From Strigamia acuminata (lineage: Eukaryota), in contig OX442314.1 of NCBI GenBank assembly GCA_949358305.1, positions 29,264,001 through 29,328,000 on the forward strand: DNA of 64,000 bases. Direction: 5' to 3'. The translations under genes and the position numbers were made by a program. Below the pieces are notes generated by a model that saw only the letters and a list, made by a program, of their open reading frames with translations, had not been told where the DNA came from and did not search any database. Below, one piece after another: positions 22,990 through 35,830 of the stretch; position 1 is the stretch's first letter, and every line of letters starts with the position of its first letter.

Positions 22990-24642
22990 CTAGTAGACAC
23001 AAAATTGTAGAAAATATAAAAATAAACTTGATGATAAACATTAAAAAGTAATCAATAATGAACAGTCACAAACCAAACCAGATGCAGACTGTAGTTCAAG
23101 ATTCTTGTTGCAATAAGGAATGAAGCAAGAGACATCTTAGTCAACATCTGGCACAAACTTTAAATAATAAATACACAGAAGACAGACATTGAGACAGTTT
23201 TGTGTTCACATGTCAAATTATCATTAATTTGATGACTTCAAAAGGAAGAAAAAACAGTCCAACAAACCTTCCAACTGTCAGAGTCATGTACGCGCTGTTT
23301 ACTTTAGACTTGTATGCTTCTGCGAACTTACATGTCATGTTGAAATGTTGACAGTGACCATGATGTTTGTATTATAAACTGCTCATTCAACCACTTGGTC
23401 CAGCTGTTGTAATATTGGTAAGAACAAAAACACAAATTTATTCCAAATACAATTAAATGCAGTTGCGTTATTTAAATAGCCTGGATTTAGCATCGGTATT
23501 AGGCTTTGGAGTCGATTCTACAAGTACCCATTGCACTTGGAAGACTCAATGAATCCGTAGTTAGTTTGGCATCGGTTAAAAGTAAGGTGTAACTTACTTA
23601 ATTTGCAGGTGAATCACCATAATTATTACTGGTAAAAATCTGTATTTTTGTTCTATAAATTTACTGCATATTTACTGTTTGTTCTGTTAAACAAACGGAA
23701 TTGCCTGTTTTCACAAAAACTTACAGAACATCCGTTTCTTAACACCAAATTTAGTTTTTGAGATGGTAAATGGCAGTCGCTTAAGTCTTTATGGATTGTT
23801 TCTATCCGTTTCTGTGTGAGAATGAAAGAAGATTGGCAGTGGAAGAGTGTACTCGCACATGAGTCCTAATGAATGAGTTGACCTTGAATGCTGCTGTTGT
23901 TGTAAATCTGGATATAAAAGAATAATTCCACGTGTAAAATGGAAAATAAGGCTTATCTATTCATGTGCTCCTTGGCAGAATAAAATACACAACCTGTGCA
24001 ATACGGTATGTGAGAGTACAAACATAGCTTAACAGGTTAATGTCTGGATCACAACTGCACACTTGTGGAAAATCTCTACAGGTAAACATAAGCCATCACC
24101 TGATTGGCCTTAAAGACTGTTGCGATCCGGGCGTTTGGTCGATAAATACTTACCTTTTGCTGCAATCCGGGTTTTACCTGCTTAATTTCTAATAAATCGA
24201 GCAGATTTACCGCAGTTGAATGCCACGAAGGACTTATATCGGCGGCCTAAATTATCTAGGGTTAATTTACGGAAATAAAATACAAGTTTTATCAATAAAA
24301 GCACACAATACTTTATTCGGTTAAATACAATATAAAATGGAATAATAATACGAACGAAGGTAAGCTTAATAATAAAAGCGACAAGTCGCAAAATAATGGA
24401 AATGAAAGCGCGCGACGGACTGTTACGCGCAAACACGGCAAATGGCGTGTTAAACAACGGGGTTGTTTCTTCACTCACGTACGATGGTCCTCGTAACACA
24501 GGACGATGGTTCACGCGAGTCTACCGCTTGGCGTACGACGGCGATGGCGACGATAAGTATCGGCGCGATGGCGGTGGTTCACGTCGGGCAGGCTTCCATT
24601 CGGCGTACGACGGCGATGGCAACGAGGAGACTCGGCGCGATG

Positions 24643-24964
24643 GGTAGAATGACGGTTTACGGGCGACTCGAATTTTCATTGTTGTTGTTGCTGTTGTCGC
24701 TGACTTAATGACGGGTATTTCGCCAGCGACGGGTTTGTTGGGTATTAATTCATCAACGTATCCTGGGTTGGGTTGCCCTAACCTAACCTGACCTAACCTA
24801 ACCTGACCTGTCCTAACCTAACCTAACCTAACCTAACCTAACCTAACCTAACCAGCGAGAAATTCCAGATAATGTAGGTCGGGTCGGGTCGAGTCGCCCA
24901 TAAAGTGTACTGCCAGCGCTCCCAACAATGAAAATTCGAGTCGCCCGTAAACCGTCATTCTGCC
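24643..24964. mobile_element. MITE with ~42-bp TIRs, 8-9-bp TSD and an internal (CCTAA)n tract
   Basis: TIR GGTAGAATGACGGTTTACGGGCGACTCGAATTTTCATTGTTG and its reverse complement; GCGCGATG(G) on both flanks. Confidence 0.85.
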
Positions 24965-25917
24965 GCGCGATGGTAGGGCGGGAACGTCTTCTCGAAGGCG
25001 GAAATTAGCTGCGGCTAATTTACGCTAGAATGGCTTGCCTTGCACTTACTGTACAAAGAAAGCTGGTGAGTCTCGAATCTGATTACGGTACCCTATCAAT
25101 ACTTTTGGCAGAGCAAGAAGCAGTGATGTTGGGTGTTTGTATTTCAGATCAAGAGTCCCGTTTGAAGCTAGGGCGTGAACCCGGCATGCTTCGAAATTGC
25201 GCAGATAACCTGCGCAATTAGTTAAAACTGGTGCAACAAGGGATTATTGCACCATAAAGGCTAATTGCCGCTTTCACCTCGGACAACCTGGGGTGATATG
25301 TGCCTAGGGAAGTTTCCTCCCCTTGGTCACATGATCTGACTTGGCGTGTGCCAAGTCAAATTAATTAGAAGTTAAAATAAATTCACCTTCTAAGTGGTGA
25401 AACAGTTTGAGATCACCACATTTTTATCAACCAAATTGCAATCGAGATGCCGTTTATAGGCCTTAAACTCAGTTGCCTGTAAAAATTGTCTAGGGGTGAT
25501 TTTTATGAAATAAGAACTCAAGTTTGGTTGAATAAAAATAATACAAATGAACTTTATTCGGTGAATTTACAATTTGATTTATACGAAATATAATAAATGA
25601 GAATTAATTAAGGAATTAATGACTATAATTAGAGATTAATAAACGAGAAAGGTTTGAAATGTGAGCTACAATGCTCACAAAAGACAAAGAAAAGCACTAA
25701 CAACAACAGTCAGTTGTTGAGCGCAAAAATTGGCGAGTCGGACTCGCCTAGAAAAAATTGCTCTCGTTCGTACGATGGCAAGAACTGCAAGCTCCGGAGG
25801 GACTCCGCGGCGGTTTGCAGACGCTGGCGATGGTTCGCGGCGAGAGGTTTGCTTGTGGGGACGACAGTGTGCCCGGACAAGTCACGGAGCACACAATAAT
25901 CGACAGCTAGAGGGTAA

Positions 25918-28220
25918 TGAAGTGTTTCTCTAAATGGATTCGGATCGATGGTGTTGGATTGGAAATGAACGGACTAGAAGACGACCATGTTGAGTGGGCT
26001 TATTTGCATAAGTGCCTTTTAATTGAGTAACAACGTAGGTGGCGCTGCAATCGGCAGCGTCACAAATTATCATAAACAAATAAAGTGGAGTACGAGATAC
26101 TCCATCATTCCCCCAATTGTGAAACAAGGGTAAACAATTAAAACATTGAAAGTTGAAATAAGACATGGAATGTAATATACTAACAATAAGCAATTGAATT
26201 CTGACAAGGTGTAACAAAGAATACTCGAAGTTTAAATCTAATTATGTTATTCCGAAAAACCATAAAACTGAGTTTGCTTGCGACCACGGCGAGATCTTCG
26301 ACTTTGCGCTGGCGGTACAGGAATCGGCGGCGGAGTCTGAGGACGCGGAGGAGGAATCGCAGCCGGGACTGGAACGTTTTGTTGAGCCAGAACAAGTTTT
26401 GTCGGTGTTGGCGTTCGCACTGCTGTTGTGGTCAGTGCTGAAGTCGCAGTTGACGTGGACGTTAACGCGCTTACGCATCGGGTCCATCACCGTGAGGTCG
26501 GGCAGCAAACGAGGGTCGAGCGGGTGCAGTCTCGGAGCAGCAGGCGTCGCAGGGGAAGCAGCTGCAGTTGGAGCAATAGCAGGCAAAGGTGTGATGGGCG
26601 GAGGTGTGGGCACAGCTCCTACACTCGGCGTGAGGGCGTACGCGACAGCACCAACCGCGCCTTTCGTCTTCTCGATGAGGCCAAACGCGTCCAGCCAGTC
26701 GCGACCTAGCAACGGGACGGTGCCTGAAGTCGCCACACACAACGGCAAGGCGTGGGAGCGATCGCCGTAACGCACTGGAACGGTGCAGACGCCTTCCATC
26801 GGCAGGACGTGTCCATCGTAGGACGACATTTCGATGTCCAGCGGTTCTAGAGGAAATTGAGAAAAGCATTCGTTATACAATTTTCTGCTGATGAATGTGG
26901 CACCAGCGCCCGTATCCAACTCCATCCAGAGCTTGGTGGACGCGACGATGACTTCGATGACCAGCGACTTGATGCGTTTTATCGTCGCCGAATTCACAGC
27001 TGTCGCAGGCGGAGCAACTGAAGGTGTGATCGAGTAGAAGGTCAACTTCCTCGTGAATTGCCTCGGTTCCACGTCGATTGCGTGAAGTGGCGCCGATTTC
27101 GATGCAGTAGACATGCATGCCGACTGGATGTGGCCTTCGCAGCCGCAATTGTTGCATTTGTAGGCGCGAAATTTCCATTCCGCACGTCTGTGGCCTGTTT
27201 CACCGCACAACAAGCATTTGTCGGGGTCGCGTTGGTCTTTCGCACCCGATGGCTTGTGTTGGCGACCAGTGGTACCCTTCGTACGCGCGTTCGTCTTTGT
27301 TTGGTGGCGTTGCCGACCTGATGCACGGACGTAGGCGTCTCGGTGAAGCTCATAATGTCAGAGCTAGCCAACTCAGCTGCTATGGCGGCAGCCAAAGCTC
27401 TCTCGAAGGTGAGATTAGTCTGCAAATACAGCGTTTCTTGGACCGCACGCATGTTTAGTCCAAAAATAAACTGGTTTCTCAACTCGTTGTTGAGATTTTT
27501 GCCCAGTTCGCAATATTTAGTAAGCGCCTGCAAGGCGTTAGCAAACTCCATAACCGTCTCGCCTTTGTTGCGACGACGCGATCGAAAACGAATCAGCTCA
27601 CCTTGCGCCAGCGGCTTCGGCTTTTGGTGTTTTTCCACAAGTGCCACGATTTCGTCGTATTTCATCGTTGAAGGATCTTTGGGTCGGACCAAATCCACAA
27701 TTTTCTGCACGGTAGCCATTCCGACACAAGCCAAAAGGTGGTTGACCTTGTCGGCGTCCAAAGTGATTTTGTTGCACGCGAAGACACACTTCATTTGGAA
27801 CACATAAGTGGACCAATCGTCTGATGGATTGTACTTCTCGGGGTTCCCGGTCAGCAGCATTGTAACGGCAAAGAATACGAAAAGATGAAAACGTGTTGGG
27901 AAAAACTCACGGAGACGTGTTAGGCCTAGCGCACGAGCGCGTGGTCAAAAAGTCCAAAAATCGTCAAAAATCGCATTAAAACAATCAAAACTTGTGGATA
28001 TTGTTCTGGAAACGAATGTCCCATCCTCGTCGCCAATGAAGTGTTTCTCTAAATGGATTCGGATCGATGGTGTTGGATTGGAAATGAACGGACTAGAAGA
28101 CGACCATGTTGAGTGGGCTTATTTGCATAAGTGCCTTTTAATCGAGTAACAACGTAGGTGGCGCTGCAATCGGCAGCGTCACAAATTATCATAAACAAAA
28201 GTGGAGTACGAGATACTCCA
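25918..28220 (-). mobile_element. Mini LTR element A (Mag-like Ty3/Gypsy), Gag-protease only
   Basis: LTRs 25918-26104 and 28037-28220 (one substitution and a 3-bp indel seen); TSD GGTAA; PBS TGGCGACGAGGATGGGA (tRNA-Ser GCU); PPT-like GGGGGAA. Confidence 0.92.
26242..27860 (-). pseudogene. Element A gag-protease, frameshifted near 27300
   Basis: Gag ORF 27042-27860. Tandem knuckles and MELDTGAGATFIS...LLGRDWL lie in ORF 26242-27213. No RT motifs. Confidence 0.85.
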
Positions 28221-28860
28221 GGTAAAAATTCCTCTGTTCATTTGATGGCGTAAACTGTAAACTCCAGAGGGACTCCGCAGTGGTTTACAGCCGTTTGCGG
28301 TGGTTCACGAGCAGCGGTTTGCTCTGTCGGCAATGGCGAGTCTCGGACGAATCAACAAGACTCAACGATGGTCGGCGGTGAGCGTTTTTCTCGGGCTATA
28401 CTCGAGATTTGTAACAAGCGCAAATGGGGCTGGTCTAAGGAATAAATAGAATAAATGCAAGTTGGTTAAATATAAAAAATGACAAAACAGTTTATTCGGT
28501 TTAATTTACAAATGAATCAATAAATTAAAGATAAATACTGAATAATGAGAATGAATAAATAGGCGACAACGGTCGCGAGAATAAAAGAAAACAAAAGGAA
28601 AGCACGCGCAACAACGGCTCGTTGTTGAAAATGGCGACGTCTTCGCATCTCAAATGCACTCGCACGTACGGCGATGGCAGGAGTTCCGGAGAAGCTCATG
28701 GTGGCTCCTACAATGGCGGTGGTTCACAACAAGCATAGGGCTTTGGGCGCTACTCGAAGATCGCTAAGTGTATGGTCGATACACACAAAGAGGCTGATTA
28801 AGCAGCAGAGTCTCAACAGATCAAACAAACACTGTAAAAACTGACTGAAAGAGGAGTGAG

Positions 28861-29712
28861 ATGGCAATACACATAGTCGAACGTGCGCCAAGGTGGGTTG
28901 GCTTTTGGGAACGAATGGTGAAGTTAACCAAGTCTAGCTTGAAAAAAGTCCTAGGAAAATCGTCCCTGAATTTTGAGGAGTTGACAACCATTCTCTCGGA
29001 AGTCGAGTCGTGCATAAATTCGCGACCACTCACCTACGTATACACCGAAGACGAAGATAGTCACCCGATAACTCCGCTCATTTCTTGGTCGGAAAACGAA
29101 GCTGTAATTTACCAGATCCCAGTCAAAAAATTAGTCAACATCTACCATCGACATCGGCCGTGATTTTAAAGCATTGGAAACTACGCCAGCTAAAGTTGGG
29201 ACATTGGTGGTTGCGATGGCAGCGGGAATATCTCACCAAGTTGAGCGTTCACCGTAAGAGTTCACGATAAGAGTTCACGAGAAGTACAACCGGGAGATGT
29301 CGTACTTATAGAACAATTGAATTAGCCCCGGATGACCTGAAAGATCGGAAGAGTTGTGGAAATTTTCCGCATGTGAGATAAAATTATCAGTCGGAAAGAA
29401 CTTGCGGCGACCAGTACAGCGATTGTGCGTTCTGGAAACTCACGACATGGAAGAATTGAGTGGAGTTACCACTCCGGCCCCAGTGTAAAAACTGGTGTTT
29501 TAGTACGAAGCAGGGACAGTTCGAGCGGAATAAAGTGTTGACGTGCGGAGAAGCCAACAATCAGCAGGAGTTTCTGAGCGATAACGAATGACGCGCAACA
29601 GGAAGTCGGCAAAAAATGTCAGAAATTATGCTAAATTATCCTTTGTTCTCTTGAATATTGAAATGTAAACCCCAAGAAATTACAATAAACTTGTTCTCAA
29701 CCTAAGAAGACA
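28861..29712 (+). mobile_element. BEL/Pao 3' remnant (integrase C-terminus, frameshifted) with probable 3' LTR 29484-29712
   Basis: APRWVGFWERMVK...LNFEELTTILSEVESCINSRPL and WWLRWQREYL, followed by a TG...AATAAA...CA segment. Confidence 0.8.
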
Positions 29713-30975
29713 TGTTTTTATTGCTCGAATAGAGAAAGCTAGAAAATCAGTAATTATACAGTTTTTAATCAAAATTAATGAAAATCGACTTTGTGAATCT
29801 TCAAAAACACGATCAATACCTGATATTTTTCAGAGCAGTGACGATGTGTTTCCAGTTTGATGTTGTAGTTGAGAGTGGGCTCAAACTCCAAAATTTGGGG
29901 CTTAAGCACACTCTGGTCCTGCGCAATAAATGTGGGCAACAAATTTGGTGCAACAAAGGAATTGTTGCACCAAAACAGTTGCTCCTACAAATTACCCCAA
30001 CCAAATTGGGGTGAAGTGGATTTTGCAACCATAATCATTTCGATTCATGTGAAAAACAAATTACGTAAATTGAATTACAATTGTAATCCAAAAAGACAAA
30101 ATTAAAAAGACACTTTACAATGAGCACGCACAATAACTTTATAGTTTGTAAATTTCAAATTTGTCAGATTTAACAAAAAATTTAATTTTAATTTAATTTT
30201 AAATTTGTCAGTTTTAACAATAAATTTAATGTAATTAAAATTCTTTTTTTAATTTATTATAATTTATTTCAAAATATTAACATGCAAATATTTTCATTAT
30301 TCTATGAAAATAAGTCTCATAAAAATAAATCTCATGAAAATAAATCCTATGAAATTTTTAAAAAATCTCACACATCCATAAGATATGCAGAGGATTCATA
30401 GCCTCAATCAGAAAAGTGAACAAAATCAACAGAAGGAAATGATACAAGCTCGCATCAATGTCCTGATTGTTAGATATTCTAAAACCAAATTAAAATGTAA
30501 AATTACAGAATTTGTATCAACTTTTTGTTTCATTTAACTCCAACAATGATATTCTAATTAAGTTTTGAAGTAAAATTGATAGAACCAACCCCATATTTAA
30601 CAAATGTAAATTTCTTAGTTTTTTATTTTTGAAATATATCGCCAGCTGGTGATAAACTAAGAAATTAACTTTACAAGTCATTTACAAGCAACTTAAATTT
30701 AATGTAAATGTCGAATTTACACTTGAAATTTACAAAGTGTGTAAATTCAATGTTAAATACCGGTATCTAATTTGTCTTCGATTTTACAACAACTTTACAA
30801 AAACTGTAAAGCTCACATTTCCACATTAACTTTTGGAACATTTACAATTTGTAAAGCCATATTTTTTTCCAGTGCAAGTTAATTAATTTTTTCTACCGTA
30901 TCATTTAAGTACCATCGATGTAAAACGACATATAAGTTACGCAGTTTTATCTTTTAAACTTGATTTGTAGATAAA

Positions 30976-33900
30976 ATGCCTGCTCCTAAAGCTTTGCGCA
31001 TTCGCCGGATCCGTATCCGTACTCGCCAATTTGTGCAACAAGAATTGCAAACTTCCCTGTCGGGCAAAGATAGTTTGCGATTTATAAACAAAGTTCTCGA
31101 GAACACTGGAATAGTTCGTGCAGTTTGGTTGGTTGGTTGGTTGGTTTGTTTCGCCATTTGCGGTTATCAAACTTGGGAAAGATTTCGCTTCTACATGTCT
31201 GGACCCTTCAAAGTTGAAATTGATTTTGTTCTAATACAAGAAAGTAGATTTGCTGAAATTAGACTCATGGCGCTTGATACTCCTCTGGTGTCGGAGTACT
31301 GGGACAAAATACCAGAAGATAATTTACTTGATGATGTAAAAGAGAGAATGAGAGCTTGCAGGATCCCAGTGAGAGGAATCATTTTGAAGAAAGTCAAAGT
31401 TAAAAATTACACACACTTGTGGGAACATTCCAACATTTCAGAAAATATGCAGCACTTTAAGGTCAGACAGGTAAGTAACCTTGGATAAATAAAAGAGCTA
31501 TATTAAAAGATTTTGTTGCCAATAATTTGTCAATAACTATTTTTTCAGGGCAAAACTATATTACTTGAGACCAAGATGAGAAGTGGCAATTACACAAACC
31601 AGGAGACAACAGTCGAATTAAAATACAAGAATTCTGTTTTCGGCAGTACACTGATTATGAAAACAGGTAAAATTAATATAATCATATTTTCCATTTATAT
31701 AATCTTTTTGGCCGTATTATTATTATTATTTTTTTTTAAAGATTTACAACAGGCTTCAAAGAGAAAATTGCATATCCTTTTTAAAAAAAATGGAACCTGT
31801 GACTTACCAATGGTTGCAGTCAGTTCACTTTGTCAAATTGGGGATCCGTAATACGTGCAACATTTTTACGCGCGAAAATACCAATCACATCTAAGAATGG
31901 TGTTGCATAGTGCATATATTCGTACGTGCGACGCGTACAAATCACGTAGGCATCCGTGTGCTCCCTCAGTTCGCTCTTGAGGAAACTCTGGATAAAATTC
32001 GTCACATTAACCGTAATATTTTTAGCCAATCATTCCGGTCGTAATCGTTCATAAACTCGACCAACGTGATGAGCAAGTGGGCGATCCCGTTCTCGCTCTT
32101 GTTGCAATCACCCGAGTCGGCAGACATCATGCATGTGCATACATATAAAAGTCGCCGTCGTGCCTATGAATGCTTACAATGTGAACATGTGCGATGTTGC
32201 GCATGTAGATACTTACAAAACTTAACGTCGCACGAATGCATGCAAACAGTATGCATAATCGCGACGTTGTGCGTAAGAATATCACGTATATTATAGAGGC
32301 CCGTCAAATTGATTTTCCTTCAAGGGGATGGCAAATTTCGTTCAATCCTGTTCGTAAAAAATGTTCACACTAACCTGATTTAGCATGGCTAACCGAATAT
32401 ACCATGAACAGTTTATGCGACTGGGATTGTACAATTGCGGTCATAAAAATTGTTCATTGCACTTCCACCGTTTAATACTAGGTGTCTCTGAAGGATGGTG
32501 TCATGCCCTATCGATACACTTTGCCCGTGCAGATGGGAATTGAAGCTGAATTTCAATTTATTTTGCGTAAAGTGAGTTAATTGCTTGTCTGTTTAGTTCT
32601 AGCAATTTATTCAATGATGCAGCAAGATTACAGATATCTTGTGACAGTTATTAATTTGTATTGCAAATGGATACATTTAACAAAAATAGTGATATTGTAT
32701 TTCTTTTCTGCAAGTATCAATTTTTGCCTTCAAGAAAGCCCTACTGTGAGCCAAGCCTGATAAAGCAAACCCAATGTTATGAAGACTGTGTGACAAAACA
32801 AACTCTAAAAAAACATCCACAATGCAGGTCTGTAAACTTAGTTCACTGAAACAATTGATAATGCTGATAGATTGTTAACTTAGGTTGCCTTATATGGCTG
32901 ACAAAAATCTGCCAGACTGCAGTTTAGAAGCAAACAAGTCAATTGTGTTTAAAGTGTATGACGACTCCTACCAACCCGAAACATTCATGCTGGCAACAAT
33001 TGAATGTGGTTGCCTAAGACCTTGTCAAACGAGTGTTTATATCCTAATAGTGCGGACTGATACTAGTTAAGTCAAACAATTTCATATTTGCGCATAATTA
33101 TAACAAAATTAATCATCTTCATTGTTAGATTTTGAAGATGAACCCAGTAGTAAAGATTTAGTAAGTTTTAATCTTAAAGTAATGGAAGAAACATTTGTCA
33201 GAATGACAGAAATCTACATTTACAAAATGCCTGATTTGATGATCGATTTTGCCGGTAATCTAGGATTTTCTTTGGGATTTTCTCTTCTCTCTATAATCGA
33301 AATTGTACAGTTTGTTTCGCTTTTGTGCTACAATAAGTATATTAGACCTGTTCGACTACAAGCTCACATAAAAACAAAAGTCATTAATCAAATCAGAATG
33401 GCAAATTTGAAGAAAAAGGCAAAGGAAACTTTGCCTCAAACCTCGCCCATGCTACAGCGCACGTTGTTTTTCATTCTCATTTTTATTTGCGTCTCCTTAG
33501 CAGTTTATGTGAGCAAAGAAAGAATTACATTATATCTGAGTGAACCGACAAGATATGTGGTAAATATTCAAGAAAATGACACATTATATATGCCCAACGT
33601 TATTGCATGTATGGACGGACCCTTAACGACACGCTACAGGAACCGATATGCCAACATTACAGGCATTCCAGAATGCAAAATTCACTTTGTTGATTTAATG
33701 AATACAACTGTCAATGGGAAAAAGCCATCAATGGAAGATGTATGGCGCTATCAAACACCTTTAATGGATACGTCTACCTTGGAGGCTGCTGCAAGTGTAA
33801 GTGTTTGGTCCGATGTCCAAAAGTGTCAAAGAACAATAATCGTCATCCGTGGGATGGGATGACATTAAATCCTGGTTCTTAACTTTTGTAGCAGTTGGCA

Positions 33901-35596
33901 CTCCTTGACTTTTTCAATCTCTGCTCACAGCTTACCAAAAGAAAATATTTTTGAACTAAGTTTTTACTGGTGTTACTGAACCACTTATGAAATAGCGTTG
34001 CAACTCCAGGTGGTACATGCACCATCAGTTAAGAAACGCTGCATTGTATACTTGTAGGTTATAGGCAGGAAATGGGTCAAAGAGCATAAAAAAACAATTT
34101 CTACCATCCAAATCCCAATGGGTCAAAAACTGTGGCAGTGATTGAATACGCAGTAGCTCGGATTTGCGTTGGGTCAAAAGGCATTTGATAAACCTATTTT
34201 ATACCTGTTAGGTAAACTGTGCGAGTGCTAGGTCAAACTCGCTCTTTCTACCAAATTCAATCGTATACAGGAAAATTGTGCATAAAATGTATTTTCTTAA
34301 CAGAACCTAGGAATAAAAGCAAACGTATCTTGGAGCACAATAGCTATGCACACAGGAACATGCTATCAATCTCAAATAGGTGATTAAAAATTTGTACAAA
34401 AATTATATTTGTATAACAATTATAATGACATTATTTTCTTAGAACCACTAATATATGCAGGAGTTGGTTCAGCAATATTTTTTAGTTTTCGACCAAACTT
34501 TCGTCAAATCTGTAAGCAGAATGAGTACGAGGTAATGAAAAAATTCCATTTTTCATCAACTATTAAATTTTGCACGGTACTCGAATAAATACACAAGATG
34601 CACAATACTTATCCATTGGGCGGACAAAAGTCGACGTCAAGAGTCTTAGTAATTAATCGTTTTGAGAAGTTACTAAAGACATTTGCAGTAAGCACAGAGA
34701 TGAAATGTACCTACACATGCTTGTATTTTTGTTAACTGTAGGGTTGTTTGTTCAGAACTAACTTCATGCTAAATATCAAGAATACGATAACTGTAGTTTT
34801 CTTTTTGTAGGTGTACTTTAAACAAAGCGAAGCGACGATTCCATCAATTCCCTCAATACTCAGAAGCAGAAGAAGTATTAAAAGAGACACATTTACCATT
34901 CTCACATTCAAAATGTTTAAAGTATGTTTGTAGATTATTATATAAACAAAACTGCTAAATTGATTGTTTTAATTTAGACCCTTCGATTAAATCTGAAATC
35001 TCAACCTTGCCTTGACCATGACAAATACATAAGATGCCAAGATGATTGCTACGAAAAAAAGATTTATAATATACTCCAGTGCAAGTGAGCATTTCTTTTT
35101 CTTTTAGGGAGTTACTGTTGTAAAAATCTGTGTTTTGGACAGATGAAATTTTTAAACCTTACATTAAAGGTTTTATGATGTAATTTGTAATACATTTTAT
35201 TTAAATTTTTTTAGGTTACCATTTTTGGTCAACATCAATAAGAATAATTGCACCAACCTTCAAGACACTAAAACTTCATTGGCATTGTTCATGAACCGTT
35301 CATTATCTACCAATATAATGATAGACTGCGTTTGCCATCCACCTTGTGAAGAGCAAGTGTTTGACACATTTGTTTTCTTTCAAGACACACAAGCATGGCC
35401 ATTCGAACTTCTTTCTATAATTCCAATGAACAACATAATTGAAGAGATTAAGCAAATATTATCCTACACTGAAGTTGCATTGTGCTGTGACATTGGAAAT
35501 TGTTTTTCACTAATGCTTGGCCTTTCAATTCTTGCAATTCCACAGCTATCACAAAAAATATTTTTGCAATTTATGCGGCTAACCAGAAAAAACTGA
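30976..35596 (+). CDS. Two-repeat (4-TM) DEG/ENaC-family channel, 12 exons, 833 aa
   Basis: Exons 30976-31470, 31549-31666, 31742-31812, 32482-32571, 32715-32827, 32884-33065, 33129-33796, 34304-34379, 34443-34531, 34811-34921, 34978-35084, 35215-35596. All GT-AG, 2502 nt, open frame. Two sets of TM1, Cys-rich ectodomain and TM2 (GxS). Confidence 0.85.
31841..32302. mobile_element. Mutator-like MITE in DEG/ENaC intron 3
   Basis: 9-bp TSD GTCAAATTG; imperfect TIRs GGG...CCC; a related fragment lies at ~7505-7690. Confidence 0.75.
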
Positions 35597-35685
35597 AAAA
35601 TACTATCACATTTCTCAAATAATATACACTGATATAAATAAAAAATTAAACGACAATTAAATCTAAAGCATACCCTAATAAATAA

Positions 35686-35716
<31 letters not shown>

Positions 35717-35830
35717 GTAAATAAATATAACAAAAAATCAACACACACAATGGTACATAAGGAGCAGGGCTCGCTAACTCACTAATCCACACAATACAGC
35801 TAAACTTTTCTATAAATCACCCATAAACTC

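Larger units (their letters stand above)
24118..28818 (-). repeat. Cluster of three related degraded LTR-like segments hosting nested insertions
   Basis: Segments at ~24250, ~25480 and ~28410 share A-rich TTTATTCGGT..A..TACAA followed by GGCGATGGC/GGTTCAC motifs. TG starts are visible but no clean TSDs. Confidence 0.45.

Noticed and set aside
24777..24853. True telomere or fusion scar
   Set aside because: Short, degenerate and enclosed in a MITE
22200..30975. Splicing of the upstream paralogue into 30971 to make a three- or four-repeat channel
   Set aside because: An acceptor-like AG exists at 30970, but the upstream terminal exon has a stop at about the same position as its paralogue and no convincing donor. 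Needs cDNA.
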